Shown here: one piece after another, positions 1 to 12,198 of the stretch
Layout: each line of letters begins with the position of its first letter
How positions within the stretch are numbered: position 1 is the first letter of the stretch
DNA from: Octopus bimaculoides
Taxonomy: Eukaryota
NCBI RefSeq assembly: GCF_001194135.2
Contig: NC_068987.1
Coordinates: 44,948,269-45,011,224, forward strand
DNA: 62,956 bases
Direction: 5' to 3'
Translations under genes and position numbers: made by a program
Notes under the pieces: model-generated
The model's input: only the letters and a program-made list of their open reading frames with translations
What the model was told of the DNA's origin: nothing
Databases searched by the model: none

Positions 1-124
1 GTGAAACTCAGAGTAACAGTTTTTTGTTATATTTCTGCTGCTTTTAAATAAAGCATATTACTCTACCTCTGGTATTTGAGTACTCTTTTTTCCACCTTGT
101 TGCACATTTCATGTGCTTACTCCG

Positions 125-127
<3 letters not shown>

Positions 128-186
<59 letters not shown>

Positions 187-190
187 ATGT
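128..190. repeat. (TA)n/(TATG)n microsatellite
   Basis: Direct reading. Confidence 0.95.
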
Positions 191-254
191 ACATACTGAT
201 TTATGGTAAAAGGTATTTATAGTTTAATTTTCTTGTGTTTGTCTATTGCTGCAG

Positions 255-385
255 ATGGTCCCGAAGAGAATTCTAGCAAACTACTCAGTACACCTTTCAT
301 TGAAGATCCACAGCACCGTTTAAAGTGGACTGCTTATTTAGAATTTACACACAATAATGAAGTTGGTGATTTGACCTGGGACAAG
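255..385 (+). CDS. SGSM3: SGSM3 window exon 1, (D)[43 protein letters not shown]
   Basis: gcag acceptor; AAG|gtatga donor; 131 nt, phase 1 to 0. Confidence 0.95.
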
Positions 386-660
386 GTATGAAATTACTCA
401 TGCTTCATTTCTTCTACTTTTATTTTTAAATACAGTAAGTAGCATGCAAAGGTAATTTGAAATTACTACACTGATTTGGTTGAAGAACTATGGAGATATT
501 CCACTCTTTGCTGTTTGGTCTGCCATTATGTTGTGATAATTGATTACAGTGATGAGAATGGAATAAATACAAAAAGTTTTTTTATATGTAAATGTCTCAT
601 TGGGTTGCTGGTTCATTGCAGGATGCTTTTGCTTTGTGTAGTAGTGTATCTAGAGCAAAT

Positions 661-757
661 GGAGGTGTGTAGCTTAGAGGTTAGGGTGTTGGACTCATGA
701 TCATGAGATTGTGGTTTCGATTCCTGGGCTGGGCGACGCGTTGTGTTCTTGAGTAAT
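661..757 (+). mobile_element. tRNA-derived SINE head, truncated just before a MITE
   Basis: A-box-like tagcttagagg and B-box-like gtttcgattcc. Confidence 0.6.
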
Positions 758-761
758 ATTA

Positions 762-1132
762 GGTTATAGAGCAAAATATCTATAGATCACATCTAGTTAT
801 CTGTGCTGTACATTACTATGCCCCTAGTCTAAGTAATATTTCAAATGTATACACCATGGTAACTGGGGAACTGGCCCTGATGAGACAGTATGACTCGAGA
901 AGGAAACTTTACTTTTACCTTTTTTTTATATAGAGAAAGTTGGGCCTACAAAATCTGTTCTGCCATGGAGGACTTTAGTTTAATGCTACAAATTATCTGA
1001 AGAGTTGCCAACCACCTTGTGTTACTTATATACGACTAGGTTTATATCGAGAAATACATACTTAGACTAGGGGCATAGTAGTGTACAGCACAGATAACTA
1101 GATGTGATCTATAGATATTTTGAGCTATAACC
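762..1132. mobile_element. MITE with about 74-bp terminal inverted repeats and TA flanks
   Basis: 762-835 is the near-perfect reverse complement of 1059-1132; TA on both sides. Confidence 0.85.
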
Positions 1133-2439
1133 TAATCTTTTTCTGAATGACAAGGATGCTTAGAGCTAATGCTTATCACCAGTTTCCAGTTTACCGTGGG
1201 GTGAGAGATAAATCTTTGTCTGGTAATATGTTGAGCTGTCACAAGTGCGGCGAAATTGAATTCACTACTACAGACCAATGAACTCTTAGTCAGTTCTACA
1301 TAGATATCACAATTGAATTATACCACCTACAGTAACTACTAAAAGAGTGCCATTATGTGGTAGCTTGATCTGCTATTTATGGTAACCAAATAACCTTTAA
1401 ACCACACCCACTGTCTTTAAAAATGAATGGTAACATAGTACATCTAAAAGTACATTATCCTATGTTTGAAATATTTTTTATATTTACTTCATCAAAGAGG
1501 AATGTGCAATGCTCATGGCCCTATACTGGACTTGTGAGATTGGTGAAAATAAGCAAGTGAGTTATCCTTTGACTGAAGCCCTTGTTTGAATACCAACAAC
1601 AGATGGTACTCTATTAAATGTATCCAAGAACCAGTTAATAGTGTTAAACTGGTTGACAAATTACGTTAATCACCTAAATTAAGGTGGGCAATCATGACTG
1701 GATTGCCTTTGATCATTAACAACTTAAAGGGAGGCCCTGCATGATCTTTCTACCAGCTAGAAATATTGGCCAAATTCCCTCTTATCAACACTGCTGTCTT
1801 AAAATAGGAAGGATTCATTGGACTGTATTATTCTTGACATACAAAAATGGTGGATAGTCACAGCAGAGACACTTTTGATGATAGGGTTTTACCTGGAATT
1901 AAGCAACAATAAAAACAACAGAATATGAACCATAACTACCTCTCTTAGCTGTTGTTTACCATATCAACTCAGCTGTCCATACTCTTCCCTTATCTCCACT
2001 AGTAAACCAGCAAAGCCGCTTGGAATGCTACCTCTATCACCTGATTACAAGTATTCTTTGAGGAATTGGTGGACTTTCAGAATAGTTATTATTGTCTCAT
2101 GGAGAAGGAATTGAGTGGTTATTTCCTTCATTTTTTAATATTCTTGCATTTCATGCAATGGGAATTACAATTCTGGAAGAATTGTTTTCCCCCAAAGTTC
2201 AGTTATTTTTTAATGTTTTTGCTCCCCAATTCCATGACCTTTTTCATCACTATAAGATAGTGATAGCTATTTCAAACTCTGCTGCAGAGTTTTATCAGAG
2301 AGTATAAAGTTTCCTTGAATGTGAATGATAGTTTTCTATTTATGCATACATGTTTTGAGATCTCAGGGCAATATCTGGACCCAGGTATTGTCCTACATGA
2401 TGTAAAAGTAATCCATCCTGTCTAACATTTTCACCACAG

Positions 2440-2634
2440 GTAGAAGACCGCCTGCCTCGATCGGAGAAATTCCGACAGATGATTCGACAAGGGATCCCGC
2501 ATTCACTGCGTCCTCAAATCTGGATGCGAGTGTCTGGTGCTCTGGAAAAGAAACACAAATCAGATATGTCTTATAAAGAAGTTGTCAAAGAAAGCTCCAA
2601 TGACCATTTGATGACATCAAAACAAATAGAAAAG
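2440..2634 (+). CDS. SGSM3: SGSM3 exon 2, VEDRLPRSEKFRQMIRQGIPHSLRPQIW...SKQIEK (TBC start)
   Basis: ttttcaccacag acceptor; AAG|gtttca donor; 195 nt, phase 0-0. Confidence 0.95.
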
Positions 2635-3394
2635 GTTTCATTTTTTTTCTTTCTCTCTTTTTTGACATCTTTGTGTTGCCTTTTTTTTATTGCCTATTCC
2701 TCCTTTCTTGTTTTTGTTCAGAAAGAAATATCAAATTGCTTTTTCTTTTAACTTATCTGTCATTTCCACCTTTACAACCATCACTATCACCATCACCTGC
2801 ATGCTACCTGTTGGGTCGCATGTAGTCCTCCATTAGACCTCTCAGTTGGAATTTGCAGATGGATTACTGAGTGTACAGACAAATATATTCAATTATGGTA
2901 GGTAATACTGGAAGTGATATTATCTAGGCAAGAAAGGCTAACCTTAACATTGTGTGCAATGAAAAGTTTGGGATAATTTTGTGTGATTGGAAAATGGTGC
3001 CTTACAAAATATAAAATGTTCCTAGCAATATTAGTAGTAATGTCTAAATTATGGAGGAGATTAAGCCAAATTACTTTCTACTTCCTGGTTCTTCTTGAAT
3101 AATGGATAGGCAGAGAATTCTCCATATAGATTAATTTCTCACTGAATCTATTCCTAGTTAGGATCTTGTTATAAAGAAGTGCTGCTCCATTGGTTGCTAT
3201 TTTTAGAATTTCTTACAGTTGCATAGAAACTGGTTCATAAACTTCAAACAGACTGGTGAACATAACCAGACTTATGAAACTTGCACCAACATTATGTATT
3301 TCTTACATTTACTAAATCCTCTTTATTCCCTTCCTCCCCCCCTCTCTCTCTCTCTCAACACCTCCTCTCTTGTTTCATATCTTTTTCATGTCAG

Positions 3395-3529
3395 GACCTT
3401 CTGCGGACGATGCCAAGCAATGCATGCTTCTGTAACATTAATAGTACAGGCATTCCACGGTTGCGTCGGATTCTTCGAGGTCTAGCTTGGCTCTATCCAG
3501 ATGTAGGGTATTGTCAAGGAACGGGTATG
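3395..3529 (+). CDS. SGSM3: SGSM3 exon 3, [12 protein letters not shown]...[12 protein letters not shown] (TBC catalytic motifs)
   Basis: tcag acceptor; ATG|gtaagt donor; 135 nt. Confidence 0.97.
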
Positions 3530-3960
3530 GTAAGTACATCTATTTCATTCCTTTTATGTCCATTTTCCCAAGTTTTCAAATGTCAAGCAAATGTTATGTG
3601 TGGCATTATTTTATAGCTGGATGACCTTCATAATGCTGACCTTACTTGATTTTCAAGTGAAGTATTGCTTATTCTGCATAACTTTGAAGGTACAAAGTAC
3701 CTGGATGATTTGTCAGCAGGAGAAACTGATAACAACACTGGCCACTGCATCTTTGTACAAGTGATTGTGCATGCAAACAAACACACAGACATGCATGCTT
3801 ATACATGCACCTACCTACATATGCATATATAGTAGTAGTCTTTCAGTTTCCATTGACTAAATCCAATCATAAGACTTTAGTGGCCTGGAGCAATAGTAAA
3901 AGACACTGAAGGTGCCACACAAAGGAACTGAACCCAAAACCATGTTGGCCATTCACTACT

Positions 3961-5260
3961 GTAAATTGATGCAATTAAGAGTATGAAGACAGGGAAAGCC
4001 CTCGGTCCATCAGGAATCACTGCAGAGATGCTCAAAATATCTGGCAGTGTCAGCTATAGCTTAGTCACCTGTATAGTTAATCAGGTGATACACAAAAGAG
4101 TCATACCCAATGACTGGTGTAGCAGCACCATAGTCAACTGCTACAAAGGTAAAGGTGACGTTTTAAATACAAATAATTACAGAGGTATCAAGTTCTTGGA
4201 TCAGGTAATGAAAGTCACGGAGAGGGTCATAGCCCAACTAATTAGGGAGAGAGTCAGTTTAGATGAGATGCAATTTGGGTTTGTGCCAGGGAAAAGCACC
4301 GCTGATGCTATATTTCTGGTAAGACAGCTGCAGGAGAAATACATAGCCAAAGATAAACCTCTGTACCTGGCTTTTGTTGACATGGAGAAAGCCTTTGACA
4401 GGGTCCCCTGTTCCCTTATCTGGTGGTCAATGAGGAAACTAGGTATAGATGAATGGTTAGTGAGAGCTGTGTGAGCCATGTACAGGGACGCTGTCAGTAA
4501 GGTGAGGGTTGAGGGAACCTGTGGAAGAGGTAGATCCAGGAAGACCTGGGATGAGGTGGTGAAACACGACCTTCGAACATTAGGCCTCACCAAGGCAATG
4601 ACTTGTGACCGAGACCTTTGGAAATATGCAGTGCGTGAGATGATCCAGCAAGCCAAGTGAGACCATAATCCAAGGCCTCTCCCAGGGTGTAGCAAGCCCA
4701 CTTATGCATACCTTTCCTTCAATGGACACTAAACTCTGTTTGCGAAGACTTGTTGAGGCAAGTGAAATCGAAATCGTGATTGAACCAAATTCGATGACTG
4801 GCACCTGTGCCAGTGGATCGCTAAGAGCACCGTCCGAGTGTGATCATTGCCAGAGCAGCTGTCTGGCTTCTGTGCCAGTGGCACGTAAATAGCACCATTT
4901 GATCGTGATCGTTACCAGCGTCGCCTTACTGGCACTTATGCTGGTGGCATGTGAAAAATCATTCGAGTGAGGTCGTTGCCAGTCCCGCTGGACTGGCTCC
5001 TGTGCAGGTGGCACGTAAAAAACACCATTTTGAGCGTGGCCGTTGCCAGTACCGCCTGACTGGCCCTTGTGCTGGTGGCACGTAAAAGCACCCACTATAA
5101 TCTTGGAGTGGTTGGCGTTAGGAAGGGCATCCAGCTGTAGAAACTCTGCCAGATCAGATGGGAACCCGGCACAGCCTTCTGGTTCACCAGTCTTCAGTCA
5201 AATCGTCCAACCCATGCTAGCATGGAAGGCGGACGTTAAACGATGATGACGATGATGACG
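3961..5260 (+). mobile_element. RTE-clade LINE, 5'-truncated and internally deleted, with 3' UTR and (GAT)n tail
   Basis: RT N-half (GKALGPSGITAEML, NYRGIK, QFGFVPGKST, AFVDMEKAFDRV) fused to the RTE C-terminus (GRGRSRKTWDEVVKHDL). Confidence 0.9.
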
Positions 5261-5678
5261 ATTGGAAAGGTATTCATCTGCAAAAAACAATGACAAAAAA
5301 AGAAGAAACAGAGGGGACATAGACTCTGTTCACTGCATCCAATCTGAGCAGTAAATCTATATATAAATTAAATATAGGGTAGAAGGAGCATTTTAGTCCT
5401 GCAGACAATCCCCTGAGACACAATAAAATGCTTCTGTTCTTTGTTCTAAAATAGTTTGTGTCAGAGGCATTAGATAATCATGAAAGCCGATGCAAGTACA
5501 ATGATGGGAAGTTTTCTGTTATTTTGTGACAAGTTGCAAGACATTGTGCTGGAAAGTCTCATCCAATCCATGACAGCTTTGTAAAATGATGTGTGTGTGT
5601 GTGTGTTTGTGTATTTATGTATATCTAAATCTGTTGCTAAAATTTAAAGCCAGTTGAGGATAAAATTTCTGTTGACAG

Positions 5679-5795
5679 ATTGCTGCTTCTTTGCTTCTGT
5701 TTATGGAAGAGGAAGATACATTTTGGATGTTGTGTTCTATAATAGAAGATTTGCTCCCAGCATCTTATTATTCCAGTACACTAATTGGGATACAG
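5679..5795 (+). CDS. SGSM3: SGSM3 exon 4, [39 protein letters not shown]
   Basis: gacag acceptor; CAG|gtatgt donor; 117 nt; not in the ORF track frame. Confidence 0.96.
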
Positions 5796-7343
5796 GTATG
5801 TCTGTTTATCTTATTACTATTAATATCTACACAGTTATTATTGTCATTGTTATTTAGCCCTTGGTAAACTCTGACTGAGTAGACTTATAATTAAAGTCAA
5901 ACTATGGCTATCAAGTAATTTTCCTACATATAAGAAACCCAGGTAGTATGTAATTTTAGGAAGATTTAACTTCTATTTCTAGTAGATCAGGCAATCACTT
6001 AAAGACATCCACATTGGCTACTGTTATTGGTGTTGTGGTTTTCTGTAAAGGTCATAGCTTTGATCTGATTAAATGCCTTACCTTTCTGTATTCAGACTGC
6101 ATTAGGGGATAGTTTTACCTTTTTTTCACATTCTCAAAGTATTACCCTTAATCACTCTAGCCAAGGTATATGGAGTTTAATATCTAGCCTGAGGTTAAGA
6201 TGGTAAGCTGGAAGAATCATTAGCATGCTGGGCAAAATGCTTAACAGCATATTATCCATCTTTATGTTCTGAGTTCAAATTCTGCTGAGGTCCACTTAAC
6301 CATTTCATCCTTTTGGGGGTCGATAAGATAAGTACCAGTTGAGCACAAGGGTGTGTATCAATGTAATCAACTTACCCCTCCCGCAAACTGACTGGCCTTG
6401 TACCAAAATTTGATGTCAATATCTTGCTTAAGATCACAAATGTAGAACCTATACAGGACCATAAACTCTAACCTGTGATTGTCATCATTTGTTTTCATCT
6501 CTGGTGGCACCTAAGCTGACCTATATTAATAGACATGACCCATTTAATTTTGGTAACAGAACGCTTTGGGTTTTCAAACAATTGGTTCAAAATATTGGAA
6601 TTGTATATAGAAACTCTTGTCACAACCTCAGTAGCTTGCTTTAAAGATTATAATGTGATGCCCAGAGGAAAACCACTGCTCTCTCATCTTTGACTACTTT
6701 AGTAGAACAGTTAGCAGAACAGTTAGCATGCCAGACAAAATATTTAGCGGCATTTCATCTGTCTTTATTTTCTGAGTTCAAATTCCACTGAGATTGATTT
6801 TGCTTTCCATCTTTTTGGGGTCAATGAAATAAGTACCAGTTAAGTAATCAACTAGCCCCTCTCACTCAAAATTTCAGGCCAGGTGTTAGAAACATAAATT
6901 AGTATGAAATTTTAATAGGTTTTTATCAAGATCATTTTAGGGTGTTTTTAAGTGAGTTGGCATTAAGAGTTAAATCAATATAATCATACTATAATAGAAT
7001 AATACTAGATATCCTTGTTTTTTTTTTCCATACTTAATATTGTTTATTTTTGATGTAAAAATATAAATATTAGGTACCAACTCTCAAGGTAGAAGAGGTG
7101 ACAAGTGTATAGCAAAGCAAATAGCTTTCAAAGATGTTCTCATTTAACACTGCACCTTCAGTTCTATGAACTTTATACAATCTACAGGATCAAACACATC
7201 AGAATTATAATTTCAAAAGAAAATATGCATTTCATGTTTCTTTATAAATTTCTAATAATCTTATAATTTTCACAATAACTGGAAATATCCATGGATACTG
7301 CTTGTATGTTATCATTTTATTATTACATTACTTCACTTTCCAG

Positions 7344-7422
7344 GCTGATCAGCGTGTTTTACGACAATTGCTCATCACCTTGTTATCCAACACTGATCTT
7401 GTCCTCAAAGAGCATGACATAG
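7344..7422 (+). CDS. SGSM3: SGSM3 exon 5, ADQRVLRQLLITLLSNTDLVLKEHDI(E)
   Basis: ctttccag acceptor; TAG|gtaagt donor; 79 nt, phase 0 to 1. Confidence 0.96.
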
Positions 7423-8054
7423 GTAAGTATACTTACTAAATACTCTTCTAATATTAAAGCATTTTTGCCTGCTAAGTTGCTAGTTCACAAGGAAATAAGG
7501 ATTACTAACTGTTGTGTGAATCTGCATGAAGTGCATAACAGAATATGAAAGTCTGCTGTAATCATTGACCATGCTATTGACTTATAAGCTATATTAAAAA
7601 TTAATACTCATATACTTAATGCATGGAACATTAAAAAGTTAGTAAAAAATATGTCATGCGGAAAGGAAAACAATGTTAATCATTGATTTGTATTATTTTT
7701 GTTTTTATATGAAGCAACAAGAGATAACTATGGATAGTCTTATTCTGATGTCTACCATGAAACACAGCCTTTACTATACTTACTAAACTAATGATGAAAT
7801 AATCACAAGAGATAGCTTATAGACTAGTTCAATAGTTTGTTATAGGAGTTGTTTTGGTGCAGTATTCTTTAGTTGCTCTGTTTATATATTTACCAACTAT
7901 AATACAAATGGTAACGCCTGTGTTTTATGGAGACAATGTCTTCTGGTAACCTAGTTGTATATGGGTTAGCATGGGTAATGATTATCTTCAGTTTTCATGG
8001 GAAAACAGGGTCAATGGAAAGGTATAGGTTTGATGGGATAAATGTTGCTAGTGT

Positions 8055-8427
8055 AGAGGCAGGTGTGGCTGATTGGTAAGAAGCTTACTTCCCAACTATG
8101 CAGCCTCTGGTTCAGTCCCACTATATGACACCCTGGACAAGTGTCTTCCACTATAACTATGTGGTGACCAAAGCTTTGTGAGTAGATTTGTTCAATGGGA
8201 ACTGAAAGAATCCTGTCATGTGTGTGTGTGTGCCTTTGTCTTGACATCATGTGATGATTGTAAAGTGTTGTTGTTTGTTTCCATTATTCCATAGGTAAAT
8301 ATTACCTAACTTGGAAGCAGGTGAGGGTTGGTGGCAGGAAGGGCATTCTGTGTAGAAAATCTGCCTAAATAAATTCTGTCTCACCCATGCAAGCATTAAA
8401 AAAAGTAGATGTTAAATGATGATGATG
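8055..8427 (+). mobile_element. tRNA-derived SINE with RTE-like 3' tail
   Basis: A box tggctgattgg, B box ggttcagtccc; tail ggaagggcat...cccatgcaagcat...gttaaatgatgatgat. Confidence 0.75.
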
Positions 8428-8569
8428 TGTGTCAGTGGTTCCTGAGATAAACTTTTGAAATGGTCACAGATTAGCATGGTTAAAGATTATGTTGAATTGT
8501 TATAAATTAATACTGGATAAGAAGATTTGTGTCATGCAGGTTCTGAGGGGAGAAAGATTTATTTACCTT

Positions 8570-8690
8570 TTGACGAAGTGTTGAAGGACAACCTCCAGAC
8601 ACTAAACCTCTCAGATGAGATGACAAAGGACCAAGATATCTGGTGCCTTGGTGTACTCAAGAAAATTCGCCCTCCACAGCAGAAGTATTA
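8570..8690 (+). mobile_element. RTE LINE C-terminal fragment
   Basis: Plus frame FDEVLKDNLQTLNLSDEMTKDQDIWCLGVLKK resembles WDEVVKHDLRTLGLTKAMTCDRDLWKYAV at 4.55 kb. Confidence 0.65.
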
Positions 8691-8944
8691 AGGCCACCTC
8701 ATAGCATAAAGTACTATTGTCCAGAGCTTTGGAAATGAGAGCAGAAAGCTCTGTGCTAGTTGTGGTTAAGTGAAAGAAGGTGACATAGGGTAAGTAAGTT
8801 GAGAGGAGCATAGGCCTTTGTTGAAACAGTTATATGGAGATGACAGTGTAATGATAGACCAAGAGTTGGAAACATCTGCAATGCTGGGTTTGTGTCGTGT
8901 CTGGGTGTTTTTTGTTTTTCATTTCAAATAAGATTTGATATTTT

Positions 8945-9232
8945 GTAGTGCACAATTCCAAATACAAGAGTAGTGCATGAACATGATGTATATCAATGAT
9001 AGAAGTAAGTAGAAGTGCAATTTCACATACAAGAATAGTGCACCAACATGGGATATGTCAAGTATAGAGATAGGGGCATTGTTTCAAGGTGTTGTGCACC
9101 ATGTCATTGATAGGGGTCAATCTAGTTTTATTTACAGGTGTAGTGCACCAACATGAGGTATATCAATGATAGAGGTAGATGTTGAGTTTCATACATAGGT
9201 ATAGTGTACCAACATGAGGTATATCAAAGATT
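8945..9232. repeat. Degenerate minisatellite, about 5 units of 55-70 bp with core gtagtgcaccaacatgaggtatatcaatgatag
   Basis: Core seen at about 8970, 9035, 9090, 9140 and 9200. Confidence 0.7.
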
Positions 9233-9816
9233 TACAGAAGACTATTTACTGGTTTGGCGTCTTCATGTAATTGAAATTTACTGAAGAAATCAGTTGGCTA
9301 GAAAAGCTGTTGCAGGGATTAAGGTGTATGTACATGTTTGTATGTTTGCACATATGTTTATATTTGTGTAACAGGATGTGTCATAGTGGTAGAGGGCTAC
9401 ATTACTCTCAACTCTATGAGACATACTACTATATAAATTCAATCTGTCACAGTATAAGAATTACAGGAAAATGTGTTTCATAGTCTGAAGAAAAGAAATT
9501 GGATTTCTTTTAATTGCCTCATTCTTTATTTTAACTTAAAAAGTGATACTTTGATGATAAAGGTTAGTATGAATGCATATATTTGAATGGAATTTTTTGT
9601 TTATGTATGTATGTTCATACAATTTACTCTAATTCTTCTGTAGCTAAACATTAACAGTCCATATCTCATTACTAACCAAATATATATATTACATAATTTA
9701 TTATTCTTATCATTTCCAATTTTGTATGTAGTTTTAATTATCCTTTGCCTGTTCCTCCCCACTCATTTGCTATGAGCCCCACTGATTACTTGGCTTGCAT
9801 GTACCCTACTTTTCAG

Positions 9817-9962
9817 AGCTTTCTCTAATTAGCCTTCATTGGTTCCTGACGCTGTTTGCTAGTGTGGTACATATGAAGGTTCTTCTCCGTATCTGGGACT
9901 TACTTTTCTATCAAGGTTCCATTGTGCTCTTCCAAGTCACTATGGGCATGTTAAAAATGAAG
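9817..9962 (+). CDS. SGSM3: SGSM3 exon 6, (E)[48 protein letters not shown]
   Basis: ttttcag acceptor; AAG|gtcagt donor; 146 nt, phase 1 to 0. Confidence 0.97.
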
Positions 9963-11183
9963 GTCAGTATTATTCCAAAACACTAACCAACATCCCAATT
10001 TTTCACCAGAACACCTTTTTATATGTTAATGCTTTACATTTATTTTTCTAGATTTGATAATATCTTTTTTAATAAAATTTCAACTTTCTTTTATGGTTAT
10101 TGGAGAGAATTGTTCTTATTGAAGCTTACTGCTCCCTCCAAGTTGGTACCAGTCATGTAGACCTGTGGCCGAAAGTTTTCCAGCTGTCACTTACATTTTT
10201 ATTTAGACATAGTCTCTCTATCACTACATTGTGCAGTGTAGTCCTAGAGAGACTATGTCTAAATATATGGTCTTCTATTTTTAACCCCTTCATTGCCATA
10301 TTTCTGTTGAAATGCTCTGTTTTTGTTTCAGTTAATTTTGAAAATAAATAATTTAGAAAAATAACTTTATTATTATTAAGTTGGTATTTGAAACAACATG
10401 GAAATTTGGTGGAAGGTTTTAATTTATATTACTTCAAACAAGATGTTTGTATCACTGAACCAAAAATTGTCTCAAGTAAGTTGATATCAAAAGAATTAAG
10501 ATGGTTGAGTGCAATTTCAGGGAGATTTGTCTACTATTTCTAGCAATTCAAGCAACTGCATAGAATTTTTTTTTGTTGGTTTTTGGAGGAACCATTTACT
10601 AATTAACCATAGTCAGTTCAAATTGAATGAACTTCTAACATAGAGGTAACTGATTGAAGAATTGTCAATCATTTTCTTAGCCCTCCTTTTTTTCTTTTTA
10701 TTTTAGACATCTAGATATTTAAAACATTAAAACATTAAATGTTTATAGAGACAGTAGTTGGTGATTTACTGAGGGAAATCAACAGATTGAGCAAATCAAG
10801 TGGCTCTGCAGAAACTTCAAGTACAGCTGAATATCATTATCTACTACTAGCCACTCATTAATTGACATTTAGCTGTTCAGTAGATTTTAGATGATGATGA
10901 TCATGAGGATGTTGGTGATGATGATGACATTAAATGTAAATTATCATCTGTTCAATATCAATGTATTTTTTAGGTTAGTGGATTGGGAAGGCCGCAATTT
11001 CTTATAATATTTAGGTAAAACCCTTTAAGTTCTGATTTCTAATTCCACTGAGGTTGGCTTTGTCTTTCATCCATCAAACTTAACCACTGAGGTCATTATA
11101 ATTAACTGTTTCTCCTCTTCCTTCCCCACATCTATCACTCCCACACCGCCACCAATTTGTAGTCAAGTGCCTACATAAATTAA

Positions 11184-11402
11184 CCCTGTAGCATTCAGAT
11201 TTCTCTGTCAAATGTAATGCTTATTTATTCACATTAATTTGAATTAGTCATGAATTACCTTTTACTTTGAGATTTCAATGATATGATTGTTTATTTTAAG
11301 AATAATATTGTAGGGTAAGTGTCAGAAGCCAGATCTAGCCAGTTTGAAGATAAAGCAGGGAAATTATTTTGGCTGGATATGGCCAGTTTAAATGCCAAAG
11401 GG
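11184..11402. mobile_element. piggyBac-type MITE (family A)
   Basis: TTAA|CCCTGTAGCATT...AATGCCAAAGGG|TTAA. Confidence 0.75.
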
Positions 11403-11423
11403 TTAATATTTGTGATTGCTTAA

Positions 11424-11801
11424 CCCTTTTGATACCAACCTGTCTGGGACTTCCCTTGGTTACACGATACAAATTTTCTGTTTTAATAAGATTTAAATTA
11501 AAATTCCATCAAAATTCTATGTCAACTTATGTTCCAAACACCAGCAATAATGTGACTGTTATTTCACTAAATTTTTCATTATTTTCAAAATTAATTGAAA
11601 CATAGGCAGTGTATTTCAACTGATATATAGTAATATAAGGGTTAAAGTGATCTAAATTAAAACCTTATAAATTTCATATTAATTTATGTTCCAAATACCA
11701 TCTTAAGAAGGACAAAGTTATTTTGATAAATTTTTCATTATTTTCAAAATTAACTGAAACAAAAGCTCTGTATTTTCAGCAGAAATATTATAACAGATGG
11801 G
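11424..11801. mobile_element. piggyBac-type MITE (family B); related copies at about 10284-10498 and 18934-19112
   Basis: TTAA|CCCTTTTGATACC...ATAACAGATGGG|TTAA; the 18.9-kb copy is TTAA|CCCTTTTGTTACC...GGTATCAAAAGGG|TTAA. Confidence 0.75.
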
Positions 11802-12036
11802 TTAATAGATGTTATACTTTATCCAATGATTTTAAAAGTTTTCACTTCAGAGAATAACAGAGAATAAACTTCTCTTTTCTTAAAAGTAGTTGTAAAATTA
11901 ATATATTCAAATCAAAGATGCACAAATTTGTCTGTTAGTCTTGTAATCACTTTGTTAGTATTCTTGATGTGAATTTAAGAAAGTATTAACATGTAAATTG
12001 TTAAAATTAAAGGATTATTATTATAATTATTATTAA

Positions 12037-12198
12037 GGCAGTGAGTTGGCAGAATCATCAGTATACCGGGCAAAATGCATAGCAGCATTTTGTTCATCTT
12101 TACATTCTGAGTTCGAATTCCGCAAGAGCCAACTTTGCCTTTCATCCTTTCATCCCCTCCCCCCAAATTTCGGGCCTTGTACCTAGAGTAGAAAAGGT
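12037..12198 (+). mobile_element. Octopus OK-like tRNA-derived SINE; further copies at about 6200, 6715, 24693, 25190, 34447 (+) and 59480, 59820, 60490, 60720 (-)
   Basis: Shared ggcagcgagctggcagaa...gagttcaaattccgccgaggtcgactttgcctttcatcctttcggggtcgata consensus; family name from recall. Confidence 0.8.

Noticed and set aside
8055-8140. tRNA genes
   Set aside because: A/B boxes belong to SINE heads; no complete cloverleaf
8611-8811. Minus ORF resembling Jockey/CR1 RT (ISKALD)
   Set aside because: The plus frame matches the RTE C-terminus far better
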